A stretch of DNA of 19,845 bases, from NCBI GenBank assembly GCA_001179505.1, contig CDMY01000792.1, positions 1 through 19,845 on the forward strand, given 5' to 3'. Each line of letters opens with the position of its first letter. Within the stretch, counting starts at the first letter, position 1. This stretch comes from Vitrella brassicaformis CCMP3155. Its lineage: Eukaryota; Protista; Chromerida. Positions 1 through 9,607 of the stretch are shown piece by piece. The position numbers were made by a program, and so were the translations under genes. The notes below the pieces were generated by a model, which was given only the letters and a program-made list of their open reading frames with translations, had not been told where the DNA came from and searched no databases.

Positions 1-54
1 GGAATAGCCGCCTCACACTCACCGCGTAGTTGTCCCTGGCCTGTCTTGCTTCAG

Positions 55-400
55 TGTCGCGGAGGTTGTACGGCATCACCCAGGCTCCCCCGAGTGTCGC
101 CCCGACTGTCCATTTTCGCCGCAAGCTTCTTTTTGCATCTTGCCGTAGCCGCCTAGGGTATGTTACGTTCCGAAACCGCAGCACTGCTGTGTCGGCCGTG
201 CAAGAAGAGGCCGCGACGCGTTCACCTGACACACAGACAGGCAGGGAAACGGCTGGTGCCTGACTGGCTGTGAGGTGATGAGCGTTGTCAGGCCTCTGTC
301 TGTCTGTCTGTCTGTCTCTCCTCTGCAGCCTTGAGACGCCTTGTTGTGAATCCGCATGACAGATGGGTGCAATTCGTTCTGCCCATAACGGAATGACCAA
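55..400 (+). other. Possible terminal or UTR exons of a spliced + strand transcript cut by the window edge
   Basis: Splice-like signals: acceptor ttgcttcag ending at 54, donor gtatgt at 158, and a (TCTG)n-containing tract ending ctctgcag at 328. No translation resembles a protein I recognise. Confidence 0.2.
295..316. repeat. (TCTG)5 microsatellite
   Basis: tctgtctgtctgtctgtctgtc, directly upstream of an acceptor-like ctctgcag. Confidence 0.9.
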
Positions 401-600
401 TTGCAAGGCAAACCGAGAAGGAAGTCTTCTTTAGGGATTACAGACTAAGTGCAAATTCGTAACATTATAATGACCATTCGCTGGCCTTGGGATCAGTCGT
501 TTAGTGAGGTAGGAAGAGATCGGTTTCCAGGGGAATTAACGGAAAGCGCCTCGGCACGAAAGCGCATCGGCACGAGGAGTCCATCAAGAAGCTGTGGACG

Positions 601-3398
601 ATGGGCGACAGCATGGGGGATGAGGCCGATTTGCGGCGAAAATTCCGTGTTCTTGAGAACGACAAAAGGGTAAGCTGCCTCTTCTAACATCTGACACTTC
701 CCTCATTCTCCTTTTTGTTCCGAATCGACACAACGCAGGCGTATGGGGAAGAGGTCCAAATGCAAATCAGGAAGCAAAGGTAGAAGATGCGTCGGTTGAG
801 CACAGCTGGCATTCGAGGATAAGCCGTTGTCGCTTCCACGCAGGGCTGCAGTGGACAAGCTGACGAGAGAGAACCGGAAGCTCAAAGTCGAATTGGTAGG
901 TAGAAACAATGCCACAGAAACGAGAGAGCCGGGCCCCTTGCTTGCAGAACGAGCAACGTTCAGTCACAAATGCCAACCAGAACGTTCTTCTCGGAGGTCA
1001 GTGTGGATCCGTCACACGCCTTCGCCTACATTTCACTCTCATTTGCTGCAGAGAAGATGACTTCTCTCAACGAGGCTTGCGACACAACGCAGAAAAAGCT
1101 CGAGGCCGAGCTCCTGAAGAAGGTCGGCATAGCGGAGGACGCAGACTTGCTGCATTCAGAGAGGGCAGTGTGGATTTGTCTCTGTTCCATTAGCGAGAGA
1201 TGACAACGAAAAAAACTACCCTCGACGAGCGCATCATGAGGACGCGCGAGAAAATGGGTAAAAGACACCACGAGCACATCATTTCCTTAAGATGCCCGAA
1301 TCCTTTCCCATGCAGGCTCGATGGGAGGCGTCAATGCAGCAAGAGAGACAAATGAGGCCATCTCAAAACAGGTGAGGACCGGGCATTGCTCAGTACATGC
1401 AGCAATCATATGTTTCAGATTCGAGTGCTGGAAAATCGCCTGGACAAGGCACTCCAGAAGTTCAATGAGGCGGTCGCACACAACAAAAGCCTTCGAGAGT
1501 CCATCGATGGTAAGAGCGAGACGATGTGGTCCAGCCTGCATTTTTTCACCTCAAGCCAGGCCTTCGGAGGGAGCGCGTGGTTTTCGACAGGTCCGCAGCA
1601 GACATTAGCCATCTATACTAGAAAGAAGCGACCCTCTCTTGTGTCGCAGCATTTACAAGAAGCTCGAGCGGGACCTCCAGGAGAAGAAGAAAGAGATGGC
1701 CAACATTATCGAAGTCGCCAACGCGGCATACGAAGCGCGAGACCAAGCGCAGCAGCAGATGCATGCCCTCAAAGCCCAGGCAGACAAAGAACATCAGGAA
1801 TTTGAGAAAGAATGGAAGGAGCTCGGACGGCTCATTGAGAACGATAAGAAGATGAAGGAGTATATGAAGCTCAAGGAGAAGGAACGAGAACAACAGATCC
1901 AAAAGGTAGGGCAAGATGGTCCTCCTTTGTGTGCGGATGTCCTGTCATGACACACACGCAGGGTGAGCTCAGCCTCGACGATGAGCAGAAAACGAAAAAG
2001 AGGGTAATCGAGGAACCGAGTGTTCGGCACAGCACGTTGATTGTTTTTCAAATAGGTGACGAAGAACGCCTGGGGCATCGTGAAGGACAAGGCGCAGCTG
2101 CAGCTTTCAGCCGAGAGGGTAAGAAAGTGAGAGTGCCAGGATAAGGAGCGCGACATTGCCGCCTATCTCCAGGTTACTGCCTACGAAGAGGCATTTGCGA
2201 AGATCCAAGCGGCAACGGGAATATCAGACATAGACGAGCTTGTACAGACTTTCATCAATGCGGAGGACCAGGTGGAGAGGAGGACGCCATGGGTAGTGTC
2301 TCGCTTTTGATCCTTCTTTGGACTATGTTCAGAATTTTAGCCTCTTCAACTACGCCAACGACCTCAGCGCCGACATCGAGAAGCTCGAAGCCCAAATATC
2401 TGCTCTAAGGGTATAGACGAGCTGTGATTGTATCAATGACCTCGTGTCGTGCATTATCTTCGACTGTGTGCACAGACTGAAATGGCTGACGTATCTGCAT
2501 CGGCAGGGACCTCCTTAGTAGTGAGGTCGCCATCGCCAACGGATGCAATGGCGAGCGAGCAGGACAAAGCCCAGTTTTTTCAGGTAGCAGCGGGCCAGAT
2601 ATTTATCACATGCCTGTCCGGAACTGGGTCGTCTGCGCAGAAGTTGGAGGAGCGTTGGCAGCGCCTGGAGAAGAGGTGCGAGCACTATGAAATGAAATAC
2701 CAACAAACACAGAGAATTCTTCGAAGCATCAAGGTCAGGAGAAAGGAGAGATGTAGTAGAGCACGATGAAACGACCTGCCTCGGCTCGTTGTACTGTTAC
2801 GGTACCCATATAGGGTGGCTTGCAGAGTCTCGTCCAAAGGCTGCGTCTGACTGGGGTAGATTCATCCGCCGTCGCTGCGGCGGAAGAAGATGCCTCACGG
2901 ATGGTTGAAACTGTCACTGAGGGCAACATGATGACAGTACGCTCACAACGAAACACTGTTGGCACGATTTCTTTTTTCCGACATTCGTTTGTCTTATTGT
3001 CTCTTGTTGTTTCTCAGTATTTGGGTTCGATTGAGCAGAGGACTCTTGAGCTTCTCAACTTGTACATGAGAGATGCTGGAGTGAGACAAAAGAACCAATG
3101 GCATTCATCTACATATACACGCATTCGTCCAACTGCATTGCCAAAACAGGAACTCCCTTCAGAGCCTCCTGGCGCGGCTGCAGGAGTTGACGTGCTTCAG
3201 CCTGCTATCAAGGGGGCGGCGCTTGGAGCTACTGCCTCTCAGCTTCAGATTCGCCTTCCATCCACAGTGGAGGACTACAGTGACGACAATGAGAGTGACG
3301 AGGACGAGGACAGACCCTATACCCGGGAGGAACTGAAGATCCGTGTCTCCCGTTCCTCTCGACGATCTGGACAGCGAGCAATCAGACCAAAGAAGTGA
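601..3398 (+). CDS. ODAD1: Outer dynein arm docking complex subunit 2 (DC2; Chlamydomonas ODA1 / CCDC114 family), coiled-coil protein of ~565-585 aa
   Basis: Exons: 601-669, 739-779, 844-895, 948-996, 1052-1122, 1194-1257, 1316-1371, 1419-1509, 1560-1590, 1650-1905, 1962-2003, 2056-2118, 2173-2271, 2333-2410, 2476-2733 (probably with a further in-frame intron at 2584-2640), 2814-2936, 3018-3080, 3150-3398. All junctions are GT-AG and frame-consistent. Family motifs: IRVLENRLDKALQKFNEAVAHNKSLRESIDGLRRERVVFD; YEEAFAKIQAATGISDIDELVQTFINAEDQNFSLFNYAN; VTEGNMMTYLGSIEQRT; acidic DDNESDEDEDRPYTREELK. The exact last exon and stop are less certain. Confidence 0.9.
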
Positions 3399-4160
3399 AT
3401 CGGACTATGCACTCACGTTGCCTCTTCATGTTAATATGTCCCGCTTGACATCGATGCTCTCGTCATTAAAAAGTCCTTCTCCAATATATACACACAGGTG
3501 CTGTGACTACTTAACTCCCTCAGTGTACTCCTCTGTGGTTGCAACCAAAAAGAAACACGAGAGCTCGCTGTCAGGGAAGGGTCACTAGACGCGCCGCCGT
3601 GTATGGCACGTGGATTGATAAAAGCATCAGAGAATGAACAGACATCGGCCGAGACATGACTGATTTGTCCATTCATGCGGCAGCCAGACGGTCATCCGAC
3701 CGTCATCGATGTCTTGATCGCTGTGTCGGTGTCTGCTTGTCTCATGCATGAGGCGTATACATCTGGCTGCAATCATGAAGACACCCATCCCCACACCTTT
3801 GCAAGGGTTCCCAGAGAGCTGGCGAAGGTGACAAATCGGGCTGGCAGTGAGGGAAAGCCCTTGTCGTATCGTCACGGTATTTTCCATCTTCTCCATTGAC
3901 GCCACCTCTCGACCCGAGTGCACTAAGAATACGTGATGGTTCTTCCTTTCTAGTCTCGAAGGAATCCCGGCCGTTCATGTACATTATGTACATACATTAC
4001 TTCGCTGTCGAAAAATCCTAGAGGCTTCGCGGCCAGAGGGCTCAAATGAGAGGGCTGAACGGCCAGTTTTGGTGAGGACATGTCATTCGACAGAGGGATT
4101 TATGAGAAAGTGTCTTTCTGTCGCTGCAGGGCTTGACGCAATATACAAATGACGTAATAT

Positions 4161-4867
4161 CACCCCGTGCAAGCCTCCTCCCCTGATCGCGCATTTTTAA
4201 AACGTCCCAAATGTGCCGAGAAATGTAAAAAAAAGAGGAAAAATGCTATACAACCCGACAAACAAGGAACACATTTTAAAAGCCGCCAAAAAAGAGAGAA
4301 AATGTACAACTTTCTGGTCTCAACCCGTTGAATCACAGCTTCCTTGCCATGTTCTTCTCTCGCAAACCAATGTGTTTCATACATCGAACTGGAGAACACT
4401 CGTTTGTATTGACCACGCAGTCCATTTGCCCTCACACTTACACACATACACGCACGCACACATAAGACGGACATAAGATTACATACAACACATACATAAT
4501 TCATACAGACAAAAAGCCAGACAGTGTCGGCAGAGACACCACATTCATTCACAGAGACAGACAGTCGGGGATGGTACGTATATCAACTATCAAATAATTA
4601 ACCAATCAATCAATCAATCAACCAATCAATCAACTATTTTCCCGGTGATGTGCCGAGTGCTTTTTTCGCACCAGAAAGGAATAGCTGGCCATTTTCCCCG
4701 GGAGAAAACCCGAGGGGCGCCGCCCTCTCACACTCCCCCATCTCCTTCTTTAAGACGTCCCGAACCCCTCAAAAACATCGAAGGAGTAATTTTGAAAATT
4801 CGCAAATAAAAATAGAAAGGAGGAATGCTAAAATTGAAAATCTAAGGGAGGAGGCTTGCACGGGGTG
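4161..4867. mobile_element. Non-autonomous DNA transposon / MITE-like element with perfect 22-bp terminal inverted repeats
   Basis: CACCCCGTGCAAGCCTCCTCCC (4161-4182) is the exact reverse complement of 4846-4867. The interior is A-rich with no recognisable transposase. The flanks CGTAATAT (4153-4160) and CGTGAATAT (4868-4876) differ by one indel, consistent with a decayed 8-9 bp target-site duplication. Confidence 0.75.
4603..4634. repeat. (CAAT/CAAC)8 microsatellite inside the TIR element
   Basis: caatcaatcaatcaatcaaccaatcaatcaac. Confidence 0.9.
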
Positions 4868-5619
4868 CGTGAATATACCGCACGATCACATCCCATTGCA
4901 AACCCAATTTTTCATGACAGTCGTTTAGACCTCAAAAAGGTGTGGATTTCTACGACGGTGGGTGGAAAGGGAAGATTCGATTTCGTGCCATTCTCAGTGA
5001 AGGTGTCCTTGTGTGACTGCTTCAGTGGGTGTTTCGAGACAGAGACGGTAATTCATGGGGCTCATTCGCCCCCTCAAAAGCTTCAAAGCGGCAAGCCTCT
5101 TCAAGTCGGCTGCTGCTGGAACGGCGCTGCCGATCTCTGAAGTCTGGCGCAACGTTTGTGCTTCGTTTCAACAGCCTGGCTCGTTGCGCAGGCAGCTCAG
5201 CGCCGCAGCTGAAGCGGCAGGAGTTGCAGACGGAGTTGACCAGACGCAGATCGGCGACTGTCACTACTGTTTTGAGATGCAATCAGTTATACACACTAAC
5301 ATTCATCCATGTGTCCTGATGTTAGTGAGTATAACTACTACCTATTCATCTTCATCACACATAACATAGACAGATGATGATGTTGATAACTGTACAGACA
5401 CTCGCTGTTGAGACACTGGTCTGTGTATTCATATGTTTATCGTACAAAGTTTGCAACTCATTCACTGTCCCTTCATGCATCCACCCATCCATCACCATCA
5501 CCATCGCGTGGCCTGGGTGCACCGCTCGAGTGCCTTCTCCACAGCAGCTCGTGGAAATGATAGGCTCGTGAAAAGTGACGGCGGTGAACACAGGGGAATG
5601 TCTGCGAATGTCCACGGAA

Positions 5620-6335
5620 TCAGTATCGGTATTTCGTGCTGTAGTCCTGGTGCACACAATACACGAGACCACAGCCGTGGAACAGAGGATGGATAGAATG
5701 CCCTTCCGTTCTGTGTGTACGGCAAGACGCCCGCGCTTTTACCTTGGGAGAGATGACTAAGCCCCTTCCTTTCTTGGCGCCACGATAGATAGTCTCAATA
5801 ATATCCGTCAGCTCTTGTTTGTTGTTCATAGGCCAGTTGATTTTGTTGTTGTTGCCCGTGCCCAAGTCAATCATCATGTGCTTGTTCCTGAACGCACAGA
5901 ACGCAGGCAGCGGTACCTGAATGATCGATCAGCGCTGACCCACTTACCTATAAAAGAACATGACCGTGACCGGGTCGTAGAGCTCGTACATTGTGTTGAA
6001 GTCAGGAACCTCACTGATGTCAACCTGACTCATACCCGACAGCTCTGCTGAATCCAGGCCATGCTCCCGTATTAACTGCCTTACCAGGTAGATGACCGCG
6101 TAGTTCTTCACGTCCTCGGCGATTTTGTATAGCATTTCGTCCATCTGCATGCACTGGGGGTCATGATCGTGCCCGAAGCGAACCACCACTACCCTCTCCT
6201 CTTCACTCAAGATGGCCTGGTCCTGAAACAGCGCACAGAAGGGTGCAGCAGTACAACGAAGACATCCGGAAAGAGTGGAGGTTGCGTGCGTACCACTGCC
6301 CAGCCTGAGTGAAGGTGAGATAGCATATACGACAT
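5620..6335 (-). CDS. TXNL4A: Thioredoxin-like U5 snRNP protein DIM1/Dib1 (142 aa)
   Basis: Exons (minus strand): 6335-6294, 6222-6085, 6024-5948, 5887-5743, 5646-5620, all GT-AG. Protein: MSYMLSHLHSGWAVDQAILSEEERVVVVRFGHDHDPQCMQMDEMLYKIAEDVKNYAVIYLVDISEVPDFNTMYELYDPVTVMFFYRNKHMMIDLGTGNNNKINWPMNNKQELTDIIETIYRGAKKGRGLVISPKDYSTKYRY, which closely matches the highly conserved DIM1 sequence. Confidence 0.98.
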
Positions 6336-6473
6336 CGTAAAAGCCCTGAGAGAAAGAAGGAGGTAGGACCGTTTCGCGCGCGGGAACGGGTGTTGTACCT
6401 GTGAAACAATACCACGCGGCCGTGGGTTTCGGTCTGGAGACCTCGTGAGTGTGTTCCTTGGGTTCCTCTGTGC
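6336..6473. promoter_or_regulatory. Putative compact bidirectional promoter region between DIM1 and the + strand gene
   Basis: Only 138 nt separate the two divergent candidate ATGs (6335 minus, 6474 plus). Inferred from gene arrangement only; no motif identified. Confidence 0.4.
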
Positions 6474-9119
6474 ATGTGGAGCGTCCTATTACTGTTGCCT
6501 GTTTTTCGTTTGATTCACGGTGTGATTAGGAGAGCCTTCGGGCCGCGACATTCGGTGAAACTCGGTGAAATCGCTTTCCTTCGCGCACCAGGAGGGAAAA
6601 CATACATCAGTGACGAAAACATGACACGCTTGCACTGTTGCTCAACACGAGACCTTTTTGTTCATTATCTCACTTTGCCACGGCGATGCATCGCCACGGT
6701 GCCACAGATCAGATCTGAAGTGGATGTCGCGAATGCGCTCAGCAACCACAGGCAGAGTGAGCCCCGCGAGAATGATGACATCGTCAAGCATATCCACAAC
6801 CTCGCGCTGAAGGGTGAAACGAACTACGGTCAGATGTCATAAGGGCAGCACAAATGACAGAGCTTTTCATGATTCATTCATTATTCAGGTGTTTGGCGTC
6901 GCAAGGCATCTCGCGTTCATGCCCTGTGTCCCAAGTTGAGCCCTCTGCAGCTCATTCAGATACTCGAGGATTTCGCCACCGTGCGCTACTTCGACCCCTC
7001 GGCAGTGCAGGCCCTGCTTCATGGGCTGGTCCAGCAGGAACCGTTCGACGCTTCCTCTCATGCTGTCCACGGGACAGGAAAGATCAGCTATGTGGACATC
7101 CAGGACATCTTGCGGCTCCTTGCTGCGCTGGCTGTCCTCAGAGATCAGCTGCAGGGCAAGGAGGATGCGGATGAAGGGCAGGCGACATACTTCGAGAGAG
7201 TGGTAGTGCCGTGGCTGGGATGGGTGCGGCAGCATGTGCTGGTCCCGAGAGTGAGGTACTTGAACGCAGTTGAGGCCATCCGGACAGGGGAAGCATTGGA
7301 GGAGCTGAGGGTAAGAAGAAACATACACTGCAGTGCTGGGCAGCCCTAGTGTTATGCATGCATGTTTTCAGGTGTGTGACCTTGATACGCTTCTCGCCCT
7401 CTTGGATCAAGTCGCACCTTTTCTCCACGCATCAGAAAGCAAAATCGACTTGGAGCACGTGCTAAGGGCCGTGCAACTTACAGAAAGGTATGGGAACGTG
7501 CCTTTGCTCCGTCCACACATGTGGTCTTCTGTTTCTTTGTTAAGGGTTCTCGCTCGGGGCACTGGTGAGATCCTCATTCAACGGCTGGTCGCCTCTCGCG
7601 CCCCTCGTGGCGCACCATGCGTGGCTCCGCACCCCACTTCACCATCGCCATCACTTACGCTTGGAGACGGTCTGCGTGGACGCCCGGGGAGCAAACCATC
7701 GGTGTATCTGTCTGACGAGAAGACTGCCGATTGGCTGTTGGGGACCCTGCTGCGAGCAGTCAAGCCGGTAGTAGAGAGGCAACAGGGTACTCTTGACACC
7801 CCATTCGCTGTGAAGTACGGAGACAAGCAGGATGCGTCAACTGGAATGAAGAGTGGGATTCTGCATGCATATCCTTAATGTCCAGGTTGCTGTTCACTTT
7901 GACGATGCTGCAGAATTGGCGTGCGTCGACTGATGTCCTCGGCCCTGCCATTCAGTCAAGTGGCGAGGATCCTCCGTCTAGCAAGAGGCCTCAGGACGCC
8001 CCAACCGCACGTTTTCATCCCCCCCCATCGCTCACAGCCCCCTTGCCGGGTCAGCAGGTGCCGAGACGCCAGATCAGGACCCCTTACAGGCAGGCCACGC
8101 GCGATAGACAAGAGCTGCCTGTCAAAGAAGAGTTTGGACGACTGCAGGCAACGCTTCTCGATAAGTGAGTCAATGAGCGTGTCCAGACAAACAGAGCTAT
8201 GTCTTCAACGTGTGATATGTGTGTGCAGGATTGATGCGGAGAGTATGTGTAATGGTTTGGTGAATCCTGACGGTCTCCTCCAGCTGAGCCACATTTTGTC
8301 GCTGCTTGCGCAGACGCAGGGTGACGTACGGCGAGAAAAGATCGGCAGGTACATAGATCCGCTCTGCTGGGGTATCCTCAAGCAGCTCTCCCTCTTTGGA
8401 TTCCCTCAACTACTCGCCGTCAGCAGGCCTGCATATACGGCCCTCTCGTTCACTTCGGCTCACTTTGGCTTTGACGTGCGGATGTCAGATGCTCGAGAAC
8501 GTGGTGCGTCTTGACCGTTTACAACTGAAGCAGCCTGATGGATACCCACATCAGCAGTACTTTGTAGACCAGCTGCGATGCCAGGCGACTGGCCTACTAA
8601 CAGGTAGACAAGCTGCAGTGTTAGTTATGTTGGGGATGGTAACTTTCCCTCTCTTGTTGTTTCCTCGATTAGGTGCCGAACCTGGTCTGGTGTGCCGCTT
8701 CTTCGCCGTTCTCTTGCCATTGCATCCATCCATAGCGCTGCCCCTCCTTTTCGATGGTGAGGTCATGCGGTGGTGATCTTTAAATTTGTCTCTTGACTGC
8801 GGTCCTTTTTCTTCTTTCAGCACACAACCACCTGTTGCGGGCACTAGCTGAACTGTCATCCCAGTCGCACACGTCGTCGATACCGGCCCTCACTGCCACG
8901 GCTGCTCCCTCATCGACCGCGCCCCCTCTTGTTCATGCGCTCAGGACATTACACACACTGTTCTGCTCGTCATCCGACAGTTTATTGCGAGGCTACGTGA
9001 ATGCGAGCGGGCCCGATGTGCCTCGTGCCATGTATCTTGAGGCAGAGTATTGTCAGCGAGAGATCCTGAAGGGCATCGTGGATGATGTTAAGACAGCAGT
9101 AGAGTCGGTCTTGCACTAG
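6474..9119 (+). CDS. Uncharacterised alpha-helical repeat protein, tentatively HPR/OPR/FAST-like organellar RNA-binding type
   Basis: Frame-consistent model: 6474(or 6621)-6828, 6889-7310, 7372-7487, 7545-7835, 7886-8164, 8229-8418, 8489-8603, 8673-8756, 8821-9119. Repeating amphipathic units include KLSPLQLIQILEDFATVRYFDPSAVQALLHGL, ISYVDIQDILRLLAALAVL, LNAVEAIRTGEALEELRVCDLDTL and QLSLFGFPQLLAMLENVVRL. The gene itself is well supported; the family call is weak. Confidence 0.6.
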
Positions 9120-9140
9120 CATCACGGAACGATGTCACAC

Positions 9141-9463
9141 GGGGGGGGGGGGNNNNNNNNNNNNNNNNNNNNNNNNNNNNNNNNNNNNNNNNNNNNNNNN
9201 NNNNNNNNNNNNNNNNNNNNNNNNNNNNNNNNNNNNNNNNNNNNNNNNNNNNNNNNNNNNNNNNNNNNNNNNNNNNNNNNNNNNNNNNNNNNNNNNNNNN
9301 NNNNNNNNNNNNNNNNNNNNNNNNNNNNNNNNNNNNNNNNNNNNNNNNNNNNNNNNNNNNNNNNNNNNNNNNNNNNNNNNNNNNNNNNNNNNNNNNNNNN
9401 NNNNNNNNNNNNNNNNNNNNNNNNNNNNNNNNNNNNNNNNNNNNNNNNNNNNGGGGGGGGGGG
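9141..9463. other. Assembly gap of 300 N (9153-9452) flanked by G12 and G11 homopolymers
   Basis: Seen directly: G x12 at 9141-9152, N x300, G x11 at 9453-9463. Confidence 0.95.
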
Positions 9464-9526
9464 AGAGACTCAGCGCTGCCTTGCATTTCTTCCTGTCTCC
9501 ACGAGCTCCCAAAAACAGAGTGTATG

Positions 9527-9550
9527 CAGTCTCGACGATCGTCGAGACTG
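9527..9550. repeat. Perfect 24-bp palindrome
   Basis: CAGTCTCGACGATCGTCGAGACTG is its own reverse complement; all 12 pairs checked. Confidence 0.95.
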
Positions 9551-9560
9551 TGGGGGATCG

Positions 9561-9591
9561 CCCCCCCCCCTCCCCCCCTTCGCTCCCCCCC
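9561..9591 (-). other. Potential G-quadruplex-forming tract (G7-N6-G7-N1-G10 on the minus strand)
   Basis: The plus strand reads C10 T C7 TTCGCT C7, ending 16 nt upstream of the TRP start codon. It fits the G3+N1-7 pattern if the G10 run provides two tracts. Confidence 0.5.
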
Positions 9592-9607
9592 TGCTTCAAA
9601 GACTCTG

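Noticed and set aside
3977-3993. ATGTACAT-T-ATGTACAT double palindrome
   Set aside because: Short, AT-rich and similar to the ubiquitous TGTA/CATA low-complexity repeats; plausible by chance.
3399-4160. Short ORFs 3675-3899 (+), 3627-3923 (-) and 3742-3993 (-), and a possible alternative DC2 last exon ending at 3588
   Set aside because: No recognisable motifs and no convincing frame-consistent splice chain; probably UTR or intergenic sequence.
4160-4928. ORFs 4160-4552 (-) and 4650-4928 (+) sharing EEACTG as possible transposase remnants
   Set aside because: The shared peptide is simply the translated TIR. No DDE or DNA-binding motifs are present.
5029-5369. Overlapping ORFs of about 100 aa downstream of DIM1
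   Set aside because: No recognisable homology or splice structure.
5948-6222. DIM1 has Val where human Dim1 has the second disulfide Cys (YDPVTVMFF)
   Set aside because: To my knowledge this Cys is not universally conserved (yeast Dib1 also lacks it), so it is not remarkable.
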